Shown piece by piece: positions 25,402-36,716 of a DNA stretch of 64,000 nucleotides (positions are counted from its first letter, which is position 1; every line of letters begins with the position of its first letter). Below the pieces are notes generated by a model. The model saw nothing but the letters and a program-made list of their open reading frames with translations. It searched no databases and was not told where the DNA came from. The position numbers were made by a program, and so were the translations under genes. This DNA comes from Paramecium tetraurelia (lineage: Eukaryota): NCBI GenBank assembly GCA_000165425.1, contig CT867987.1, forward strand, positions 186,001-250,000, given 5' to 3'.

Positions 25402-26778
25402 ATGCAATGTAATTAAAAATGTTTTGCTTAACCAGGCCAAACCTTGATCGATCTAGCTATTATCAATAATTGCAATGTGTGGAGATTGAAGAAGGCAAAT
25501 AAGTTAGAACATTGCCATTTGATCCCAGGCTAGGAGGTGATAATGTAATATGATAATAAGCGTGTTTTATAACGCGATTTGCTCAAATCCATTAATATTT
25601 CAATACCCATTCTCTATATGTGGGATAGGGATCATATACAGGGTAATTTGTAGATCTGCTATGATTATCTGATTTTTACTGTTAATTCAAAGAAATTGAG
25701 TAAGGAGCATAAAGGCAAGGAAGATCATTTAAATTTTTCTATATATGTAAATGAGATTTACAAAATAATATTCAATCCAATAGCTGAGTTAATGTAAATA
25801 ATTATATGGGGTATTTGTGGTAACAGAGTGCCTGAAAACCAAAAGAAACTTCTCATTGAATTAAAAGCTATAAAAGGAGAAACTAAGGCAGTAAAGGCAT
25901 TTGTAAGGGAATTCTGGTAAATGAAAGGCAAGAGCAAAAGAATGATAACGATGGAGGCATTTACATATTTGATACAACAACTATAACATGAGCATGAATC
26001 TGTTACTGGAGACTCGTTCAATACGAGAGTGAAAAAAGGAGAGAGCAATATAGAGTGCCTGAGTAGCGTGTATAATTTCAATTATGTTGAAATAAACGAA
26101 AAGAATGGGTCAATGGAGGTTTGCAAGGCTAGGTAGCAATAATAACCAAAAGAATAAGCAAAGGTTAGTTTGAGTGAGGAGAGTCGAATAATCTCTATGA
26201 AGTAAGTGTTAGAAATAGCAGACGGTATGCCATCTTATTTGTAGACGAAGCCATGGTTCTTATTATTTTCTATCAATAGACATGGTAAGAGAGAGTTAAT
26301 ATGTAGGTAGTTCGTATCAGGAATTTTTGAGGAGAACAGAATATGCTGGGCCTCACGTGATTCTGATTAAGGATCAAGGCAAGAAGGTATTTGGAGGATT
26401 CTTGTTGAGTTCTTGGAGATTGTCTAAGAATGAGTTTTTCGGACAGGGAGAATCCTTTTTGTTTATCTGTCTATATAATCATACAAGGATATTCAAAGGA
26501 TCCCAGAAAAATAGGTGTTTTCAAATGGCTGATGAGACTGGGTTCAGTATTGGAGCAGGAGATAAGTAAGTGAATGACAATAGAATTTTAGATATGGTTT
26601 ATTTGTAAGCAGTTCGTTTAGTAAAGGGGAATCGAATCCGAGTGAAACTTTCGATAATGAGGTGTTGTCGAGCGAGGTTAATTTCCAGATCCAAGAGTTT
26701 GAGGTTTGGGGTTTGGATGAGGAAGCAGTGCATTAATTGAAGTTTCAAGACTAGAAAAGATCATTATTTACAAAATGA
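25402..26778 (+). CDS. OXR1/NCOA7-like LysM + TLDc domain protein
   Basis: N-terminal LysM-like QPGQTLIDLAIINNCNVWRLKKANKLEHCHLIPGQEVI. C-terminal TLDc WFLLFSINRHG..VILIKDQGKKVFGGFL..FFGQGESFLF..SETFDNEVL..FEVWG. Introns near 26285-26306 and 26566-26591. Confidence 0.85.
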
Positions 26779-26793
26779 ATATTAATAAGTTAA

Positions 26794-27174
26794 ATGAATA
26801 AATAATAATGTTGCTAATAATGTGACAGCAATGAAAATGTTTTGGTTTGTGTTAAGTGTTCTCAAGGGTTGTGTGATGAATGTTTCTAATAGTTTGGGGG
26901 TAAGGATTTTGAGGCATTGTGTCCAGTTTGTTAAATGCTTAGTCTATTTCGGCAATCATAGGTGGAGATCTGCGAGGCTTGTGCAGACATCCATGAGAGT
27001 GAATAAGAGGAGATGGAGTGCCTCTATAAATCAATGAACTTGATGAAGGAGAAGATGAATTAACTATTTTTGGTTGGATAACAGAGGTTGAAGAGAGTAG
27101 AATAATTGAAATAATAAATATAAATAAATGAAAATGAAATTAATATGTTGAAAGCGTAGGGCTAGATTTTATGA
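26794..27174 (+). CDS. Small RING-like Cys-rich zinc-finger protein with coiled-coil tail (126 aa)
   Basis: CQQC..CVKC..LCDEC..LCPVC, then CEAC and a helical tail. ATG-TGA ORF in code 6. Confidence 0.7.
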
Positions 27175-27243
27175 TAAATAGACATTTTATTGTCATTATA
27201 TATAGTAATAATTAAAATTTAAACTATTAAAACAGATACAAAT

Positions 27244-28338
27244 ATGGGTGTCTGTTGCACACACTCAAATGTAAAATTCGAAAACCTCATTCCCCCTCAA
27301 CTCATTAAAGAGGAAATTAAGTATGACCAATTCGCTCTTAAAATTTAAAAGCATTACAAAGGATATAAAGCTAGAAAATTATATCATAAAATGAAGATCA
27401 AAACAGAAGAATCTCCTGTTGTTCATCATCCCAAACCAGAAATTGCCTAAAAACTAAGTCAAACTCCCACAGATTACGCTTTGACTGTTTAAAAAGCCTT
27501 GTATAAGCTTGGCCCATTTCGTTACAATGATTTTATCAACTCGGATGATCCGAATAAAAGATCTACGAATTTCCAATTTACAGATGAAGACAAAAAGTTG
27601 CCATTTTTAGAACCGCATAGATTAATCGATGGAGCTATCTACATAGGCCAATGGAAGAATGGAATTAAGTGGGGTAAAGGTAAATAAATTTGGCCAGACG
27701 GTTCTGTTTATGAGGGATTTTGGTAAAACAATAAAGCATGTGGGATAGGAAGATTAATTCATTAAAATGGAGATGTTTATATTGGAGATTGGTTAAATGA
27801 TTAATGTCATGGTTTTGGCGTTTATACACATAGTGACGGCACCATTTATAAAGGAAATTGGGTGGAAGATAAACAAGAGGGAGACGGTACTGAAGAATAT
27901 CCAGATGGAACAATATACAAAGGTCAATTTCTAAATTCGATGAAGCATGGACAAGGAGAGTGCTTTTATTCCAATAAAAATTAGTATTTTTAATAAATTA
28001 CTATTAAGTTACAAAGGGGAATTTTAGTATAATTTTATTCACGGTTATAGGGAAGTTTGATGTGGAGTGATGGGAAGGAATACAAAGGAGCTTGGGAAAA
28101 TAATCAGATGCATGGGTATGGAGAATTTAAATGGTCGGATGGGAGATCATATAAGGGAGATTACAAACATGATTTGAAGGATGGAGAGGGCGAGTTTATT
28201 ATCGACGAAAACACCAGATATAAGGGGAGTTGGAAGAGTGGAAAGTAACATGGAGATGGAGTGCTGGTAGCGAAGGACTTTGCAAGAACAGGGGTTTGGT
28301 GTGAAGGGATTCGAATCCAATGGAAAGATAAGTTCTGA
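27244..28338 (+). CDS. MORN-repeat protein with MGxCC N-terminus and IQ motif; apparent 2-nt frameshift near 28046-28050
   Basis: MGVCC start, IQKHYKGYKARK IQ motif, tandem MORN repeats from about 27630 to 28310. TGA 28336-28338. Confidence 0.85.
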
Positions 28339-28465
28339 ATTTTCTTAATCATTTTAACTATTATTATACGCAATTGATGTGTGCTTCTGTAGAATTGTTT
28401 CCAATCCTACTTTGTGTAGAATAATAATATTACTTTTTAATTTTAATAATTAAATACAAGCTAAA

Positions 28466-30398
28466 ATGTCAGAAGAAATTCAATAATCAAATTCTGGTTA
28501 GTAGCTGATTACCAATTATTTTAATCAGAATCCTGAAAATTCTATGGATAGATTAAAATAAATGAAAAAAAGAAAAATTGAAAATGAAATTTCGAAAAAA
28601 AAAATGAATACAAAATCAAAAAGTGATGAAGAATCATCCAATGATAATTTTCCTCAAGCACCAGTAAATTTACCAAATTGCTAAAAGATCTATAAATATC
28701 TAAAAAATCCAAAAGAAATTTGTAATGAAGCGGGCAATGTAGGGAAGACTTAAATGTAAAAAAGTTTGGAGGAAAGCAAATAAAAAATGAGTACGAATGA
28801 TATAACCAATTATATGAAATCAAAAGAAGTTAAAATAGTGCAGTAACCCATTCAAAAACCTTAAGATGAGGAAGCTAATAAGTTGTAATAGAAATTATTA
28901 GAAAAGGAACAGATTGAGAAACAATTACGATAAGAGAAGTAATAATTAGAAAGTGAACGTTAAGAATTAATTTTATAACATAATGCTTTTAAAAAGCGTA
29001 CTCAAGATGTATTTGCAGAAGCATTAAAATAAGTGGAGGAATTAAAGCGGGAAAAAATGAGAGAATATTTAGAGAGGGAAAGATATCGATTAGGAGAGTT
29101 TGTTAGTTCTAGGAACAATGTAAGATTTGTGGAAGAATGGTAAGATGGTTATGAAATTAAATAAGTGAAAGAATCATTATAAAAGTTAGAAAATGAAAGA
29201 ACATCATTGGAGTAACAGAAAAATGAAATCAAAGATAAATAATCGACTAAAAACTAGAAGGACAAGCAAAATAAATTATTTGAATTAGATTTTGTAAATG
29301 GAGACTTAGATGCAAATTAAAAGAAACTAAGAATTCAATTCTAATTAAGCATATTAAAAAAGGAGGAAGAAGAGTTGAAATTAAAGCTAACTAAATTGGA
29401 AGAAGAGAAACAATAATTAGCATATAAAACAAGAAGGTTTATGGAAGAATAGAAGTAATTTTGATTCAAACTTTAGTTGTCGATATTATAGAGCAGATCC
29501 AAGATGGCCATTGATAGCTCAAAGATATTAAACTTTGGGATTATTGGGAAAGGGAGGATTCTCTGAAGTTTATAAAGCTTTTGATTTATAAGAATACAGA
29601 TTATGTGCATGCAAAATTCATTATTTAAATCCTTAATGGAATGAAAATGCAAAAAATAATTACATCAAGCATGCTTTGAGAGAAAATGATATTCATAAGA
29701 GATTGAAACATGTCAATATAGTATCATTATATGACACTTAAGAAATAGATTAAGACTCTTTTTGGTACATTTATGTATAATAAGAAAAAGCACTGTACTT
29801 GAATACTGTGATGGGACTGATTTAAATCAGCATTTGAAGAAATATAAAATTATTGCAGAGAAGGAAGCAAAATTGATTTTGAGACAGGTTTTAGCAGCCT
29901 TACATCACATGAGTTGCAGTCTAACTAAAATTATTCATTATGATTTGAAACCCCAAAACATTTTATTTCACAAAGGAGAAGTTAAACTTACAGATTTTGG
30001 ATTGTGTAAGGTTTTGGATTAGGACACTACTAGATAAGAATTAACATCTCAAGGTTTGGGAACTTATTGGTATTTGCCTCCAGAGTGTTTCATGGAATAA
30101 CCAAATATATAAATCAGTACAAAAGTAGATGTGTGGTCAATAGGAGTGATCCTATTTGAGATGGTATTTGGTAGAAAACCTTTTGGGGAAGGAATGTCTT
30201 AAGAACGAATTGCTCAAGTAAGAATAGATGTAACTTCTTTAGGAAAGAGTTATCTTAAATTCCTTTTAAGTTAAATTCCCTTAAAAGCCTAATGTATCTC
30301 AAGATTGCAAAGATTTTATTCTCAAATGTCTAACCTATAATATGGAGGCAAGATGGAATATCACTGAAGCTTTTTACTGCAATTATATATAAAGCTGA
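28466..30398 (+). CDS. TLK: Tousled-like kinase
   Basis: Coiled-coil N-region with RERYRLGEF, then LLGKGGFSEVYKAFD, ACKIH, YIKHALRE, IIHYDLKPQNIL, ELTSQGLGTYWYLPPECF and KVDVWSIGVI, all diagnostic of TLK. Three small introns. Confidence 0.93.
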
Positions 30399-31400
30399 AT
30401 AAAAACTAATTATTATATATAATATATTTTGTTATATTATTTAAACATCAATACTAGTTGAAATTTTTTATTTTAAAGTCTAACTATTAATTGTATTTAT
30501 TTTTGAGATAGTTCATAGTTTTATCATTAGTCATTAATTATATTCACTATTAGCTATCTATATATATATAGCACCTTATTTCTAACAAAATAATCTGTCA
30601 TCATTTTATTGTATCAAAAAGTGATTATATTAAGAATTAAAATATTCTTAATTTTCAGATTATAGATCTAGTTTTTGAATAAAGAGGTCAGAAAATGAGA
30701 TTTGGGTAATTTGTAAGCTATCTTTTGTAGTATGGTGGTCACATATTCAAACAACGAAGTTCATGTTAAGAAATATTTTTATTTTACTCTATTGATAATT
30801 GAAGAATTTTATATATCATTAATTAATGTAAAGAATATTTAGAATATTCTTTCTAATAAAGATTATTAACTTATTAATTTGCGATTTGACTTTAGCTAAT
30901 TTTTTAAAATATTTCCTTGTATTTAAACTGAAAGTGTGCACCTTCTGATTCTTTCAATCCTCCAATAATAAAACTTAAATTATTCTAAAATGAAATATTT
31001 AAGTATGTTCACATATTAGATTTATTCTAAACTGATATTTTTGCATGCCTACTGAGTAATATGCGAAATGATCTAATTGTACCATCTAGTATTTCTTATT
31101 TATTTGTGCACATCGTGGTAGGATTAACAAATCTCATAATTTATATTTGGATGTAAATATTAAAAATTCTTAATTAATTTTAGAAATGTTTAACAAGAAT
31201 ACATATATTTAAATGATGAGATATCTAATTAACAATTTGTTAGTGGGATCCATGTATTTTGATTTTATTTTGAAATAAATTTATACAAAGAACATGACAT
31301 ATGCTATTTCTAAATATATTTTTAGAATTTTAAGAAAGGACTTTGAATCTGTTTAGGTGGAATATTGATTTGATAAATGAATAACAAAATAATTAGCATC

Positions 31401-31880
31401 ATGAACTAGGAAAATCACTCATCATTTTCGAATGGCTCCAAATTATCATCATCAAGAAAGTCGGGAGGAGCAATAACATCAAATATCACACCTTCTACTT
31501 CGACATTATACTAATATTCAAGACCTAAATGGATAGAAACTAATATCTACTGTTAGGATTGTAAGGCGTAATTGTTCGTTCTTATGGTTACTGTATGTAT
31601 TTATTGGCCCATGACATTCTAGGAAAAGGGTGATCCTACGTGATTTGACTTTAATTAGTTGTAGAATAGTATGTTTGAAATTTTTTTGAGGAACAAGATC
31701 CCATTGTATTTGTTAATTTAATTAAAAATGTTATTTAAAAAAAAAAATGTCACACAGCATTTATGCTCCCTAAATCTTATTGATGCAACAATTAATTAAA
31801 TTTAATTAGGGTTTTATCCTATCAACTTTAGTGAGGATAATTGGCTCCTCATAGAATGTTATTCTTCTTATCCATGATCT
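31401..31880 (+). pseudogene. Probable decayed LITAF-like gene fragment
   Basis: ATG 31401 ORF reaches IYCQDCKAQLFVLMVT, then a 30-nt GT..AG intron, then EKGDPT-TGA (where LITAF proteins usually have Trp), later VTQHLC. The interruptions suggest decay. Confidence 0.3.
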
Positions 31881-32599
31881 CGGCAATTATTTATTAAACA
31901 TGACTGGCTAATTTTGTTAGTTTTTATATTTTATTTAGGTTTTGCTGCAAAAATTATATATAATTGGCATCTTGTTACTAAAACTCCTTGAATAACAAAC
32001 GTGATTTGTTGCTGAGGGTTTGTTCCTCATGCTATATCGACTGAGATCTTTATTCCTGGAGCGAATCATTCAATTTATAAATCAAATCAGATTCACTCTA
32101 ATCGTGTGAAGGTGAAAGAATCTGATCTTGGCTGTTATTATAAGGGAGAAACAATCCTTTTTATAACTCATATATTTAAACCTTGAAATCAGTTTTTCCT
32201 TTCAGAAAATTAGATTCCTCATAAAAATCTCTATTACGAAAATCTAATACAAAAATTCTGTTAACAATGTCTCATCTTCCATAATTTGTCTTCAGCTGAA
32301 TCATTTACTAATGGAGTTTGTAAAGATCTTTTTAAACTATATTTCTGATTTGTAACAAGATAAATATAGATCTATAAAATTAAGTATTACAATTAAAGTT
32401 TCTTGATATTTTATCATGTTAATTATATAACATATGATGTCTTATATGAGAATATCAAATATTTGTATTATAAGTAATCTCTGCTACTTTGAAAACAAAA
32501 GAGGTTTAAAATAAAAGTATTACTAAATAAACTTACGCTGGATTCATAAAAATTGATGAAATCTAGACTTAGTAATATGAAAATGACAATCAAATTAAG

Positions 32600-33480
32600 A
32601 GAGAAAGAGATTTAATACTTTATACTAATAGAGTAAAAGAGCATATTCAATTTGTAAATAGAGAACGCTATAACTATATAATAGAGATATATAATTTAAT
32701 AATGAGTTAATAAGAATATGATATTTCAGAAGAAAATTCTTCAGAATTTAAGAGGAGATTGACAATTAAAGATCAGAACCCCAATAATACCAACATTAGG
32801 AAGAACCTAAAAAGAAGGTTTTAAAAAGTTATAATAATGGAAAATATTGGATAGGGTAAATAATAACTTTGAATATCGAAAATACAATTGCAGAAACCGT
32901 AAAAATTCTTAAAAAGGAATTAATCATTCTTTAGAATGAGTTGGATCATTGTTCACTATTCATAATAAATCAAGGATCAATTGAATTATTCTTATCTAGA
33001 GGAATAGGTAGAATCCAATTATAAAGAATACTCATTATCAATGCTAAATAGTAATCATTCTGCTGGTGAATACTCAATTTTTTCAGGACTTGCTCCCATG
33101 GCAGGTGCTAGGGCATAGGAGGATAAAAACTAATAAAAATAAAAAGATAAAACTTGTTAATGTGTCTGAATTAATATCCAATTGATTAGGAAAAATACTT
33201 TGAAATCAATCATTAATTATTGAATAATAGATTTTCACGTTTGGAGCCTTTTATGATATAATTGCGGAATCGTGAATCACCTAGCATTAAAGTGCCATAG
33301 ATTGATTTATGTACCTGAAAGATAAGGAGTGATATTAAGACATCTAATTAGTAAACCTCATAAGAGAAATTTTATAGGAGAGGAAGAGAGAAAAATAAAT
33401 GTAGGTTAAAAATAGAGAAATTTAAACTTCGATTTAATTTACCGATTCTAAGAATGAAATTTAATCAGATTTGCTTAAAA
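32600..33480 (+). pseudogene. Decayed CNBHD-containing (K+-channel-tail-like) gene
   Basis: Fragments in shifting frames: SLFIINQGSIELF, AGEYSIFSGLAPMAGARA, YPIDQEKYFEI, and (TGA)YNCGIVNHLALKCHRLIYVPE. They are collinear with the CNBHD and knuckle region of the two intact K+ channels in this window. Confidence 0.65.
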
Positions 33481-33687
33481 CTTGAATAAAAGGACGATTA
33501 AATAGAATAAGAAAATTATATAAGGGAGTACTAAAATATTTACTCAGATATTGTTCAACTAGGTAGTATCCAGATTTCAATGTTGTTCCTGTTGTTAAAG
33601 GTAACAAAATATAAATATATGGATGTATATGGAGAAGTTAAAAGTTAAAAATGACTTAATTTGACATAAATAATAATATAATATAAA

Positions 33688-34096
33688 ATGCAAAAAATTC
33701 TGAATTTTAGGGAGTATTTTTTGAACCCGAAAGGAATTAAGATTGTACCTACTTCTAATTTCAAGAGAGCTACACCAGTTGAAGCATTATTTGATCAATC
33801 TGTGGTTTTGCATAGGGCAGAGAAACAATTGGAGAAAAATGTTGTAGCATTCAAATTATAACCATATAAATATTCATTGAATAAACCAGAAATAAAGCAA
33901 TACTTTACTCAATGTAATTCAAAATATTTAAAAGAAAGTGTATGGGTTGAATGTTGATAAAGTGAATACAATTAATTATATGGGAGCAATAAAGAGATCG
34001 CCAAAAGGAGGTCGTTATAGAGAGAAAGATTTCAAGAAGGTGTATTTGCAATTAAATGAGGAAATTGAGCCCTTCTTTTAGAAAATTGAGAAGTGA
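33688..34096 (+). CDS. MRPL23: Mitochondrial ribosomal protein uL23 (L23 family)
   Basis: NVVAFKL..LNKPEIKQYFTQLYGLNVDKVNTINYMG..DFKKVYLQL is the L23 family signature. One 25-nt intron at 33914-33938. Confidence 0.82.
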
Positions 34097-34164
34097 TTAT
34101 AAGCATACATACATTAAAAGTATTATACATGAACATTTAATTTAATAATTTGCATAAATAAAAC

Positions 34165-36560
34165 TCATTGAGGTTTGTATAACCACCCAGTTCTACAAAA
34201 AGCACCAGCCAAGACCAAAGATAAAATAGCCATCAATTTAATCAAAATATTTAATGATGGTCCTGAAGTATCCTTAAGAGGATCACCAACAGTATCACCT
34301 AAAAGATATGATTCAAATTAATACCAATAACAGCAGCTTTGTGTTCATCAGATCCCTTCTTCTTTACTTCTCCAGCTTCATTTCTATAGAATCCAGCTTC
34401 AATATATTTTTTGGCATTATCCCAGGCTCCTCCAGTATTAGAGGCTGAAATGGCCATCTAAACACCGCTAACTAAAGCTCCTGGCAATAGACCAGCAACA
34501 GCATAGGGTCCTAAGAACAGTCCGACAGCAGTTGGAGTGACAATGACCTATAATTTAAATAATTGAAAATGAGTACCAAGAGTCCAGGAGGAATCATTTC
34601 TTTTAATGAAGCCTTGGTTGAAATGGCAATACAGGCTCTGAAATCTGGTTCTTCTGTGCCTGCATAAATACCTGGATGTTCATGTAATTATCTACGAACT
34701 TCTTCAACCATTTGAAGTGCAGCCTTTCCGACTGATTTCATAGTGAAGGCAGAGAATGCATATGGCAACATGGCACCAACTAATAACATTGCGAAGATGA
34801 TAGGATCATCGATTTTGGCGCCTTCAGCAAATGGGTATTGATCTCCTACTTTGTAGGTTTATATTCTTGTTAAATATCCACCATAGAGTGATAAAGAGAC
34901 TAAGGCAGCTGATCCGATAGCGAATCCTTTTCCAATAGCTGCAGTAGTGTTACCTGCAGCATCCAAAGCATCAGTAGATTCTCTGACATTTTCACCCAAT
35001 TCACTCATTTCTGCAATACCTCCTGCATTGTCAGAGATGGGTCCATAAGCATCAATGGCCAATCCTATGGTAAGATTGGAAAGCATTCCTAGAGCAGCCA
35101 AGGCAACTCCATAGAAGGAAAGCATCTTCATAGACAACAAGGCAGTTATAGCTATAGCCACAATAGGGACAATGGTTGATAAGTATCCTAAGGCTAAACC
35201 ATAGATAATGTTGGTTGCTGCTCCAGTTCCACAAGACTTAGCTACTTCTCTGACGGGAGTATAAGAATGGGATGTCATGTATTCAGTGAAATACCCAATC
35301 AACAATCCAGACCATAATCCCATAAGAGAGCACAAGAAAGCATGCCAAGGTTTAAGTTCTTGCAATTAAATAGAGCCATCTGCAGCAACCATCACATAGT
35401 CAGCAGGTAAACACCAATAAGCAATACCTATAATAATTGGAGATAATGCAACTGTCGATAACAACAATTGGAATTTCAGAGTGGATTCAATCTTATTAAT
35501 GTGATTCACTTTTGAAATATAAACAGCATAAGCTGATACCAAAATACAAATTCCGATACCAAATGCTGAAACCATCAATGGATACATCAATTAACTGATA
35601 TCAATGACATAACTATCCCCTTATGCAACTCTTAATTGGGTAGATGAAACGACCAAAGCTGCACAAGTAGATTCTGCAAATGAACCAAATAAGTCAGCTC
35701 CCATACCAGCAATATCACCAACGTTATCTCCCACATTGTCAGCTATAGTGGCTGGATTCTTTAAATTATGTATGAATCAATATACCTTTGGACTGTCTTC
35801 TGGTAAGTTCTTCTCGACTTTACCTACGAGATCTGCTCCCACATCGGCTGCCTTGGTGTAAATGCCACCACCAACTCTGCCGAACAATGCAAATGTTGAT
35901 CCTCCCAATCCATAGGCTGCTACGTAATCGAACATTGTGACCAAATCCTCAAAATTGTTGTCTTCACTCTTCACTATTATTGCATTATAGATTATTATTA
36001 TTAATGTTAAAATTGAAAGCGATATTGACACCAATAAAAATCCCATTACGCAACCACCTCTATATGCCATCTTTTATAGCTTTAATACTTCACTTACTTA
36101 AAATGCATTCGCTAATGATGTGATTGCTGAAAATGCAGTCCTATAATTAGCTGCTGTTGCTATGGCCATTCCCAAATATCCACAAAGCATTGAAGTTGCT
36201 GCTCCCAATACAAATGCCAGTGAAGACCATGGTGAAATAAACTATCGGATATATGTACTTCTCATACTATCAATAAAACAGCCATGATCGCTAAAAACAC
36301 ACTGCAATCTGTGTATTCTTCTCTTAAAAAGGCTTGAGCTCCCTTTTTTAAATATTGTCAAAGTTTACATCTTATATGTGTTCTCCTATCTCTAACAGAG
36401 TCTCTATTTTCTCTTATTCTGCACCCTATAACAATTCTGTCAATCCCTCATGTTTGTGATGAATCTCCACTTTATGAACTGCCATCCAATTGAAGATAGC
36501 CCAAACTATACCACAGGCACATGCTATGAAAATGAACACTAGGGCTGTCACAAATTCCAT
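34165..36560 (-). CDS. Membrane H+-translocating pyrophosphatase (V-PPase), K+-dependent type
   Basis: [113 protein letters not shown]. Several tiny introns. Confidence 0.97.
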
Positions 36561-36716
36561 TATATTTAAATTTAATAAAAAATCTTAATTTCATTTGTTT
36601 AATATATATTTTTAGATTTAAGTATGTATTTAATCACAAAAAGTGCGTAAACAGTTATCAAATAATGGACTATAATTAATTAATATAAATAATTTTATTA
36701 AATTGCATCCAAAAAT

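Noticed and set aside
23231..28823. Track ORFs 23231(+), 23585(+), 25758(-), 26822(+), 27665(-), 28161(-), 28542(-)
   Set aside because: Antisense or alternative-frame overlaps of better-supported code-6 genes.
33254..33256. TGA at a Cys position as selenocysteine or Cys recoding
   Set aside because: The surrounding region has frameshifts and TGA terminates all intact genes here, so a nonsense mutation is the simpler explanation.
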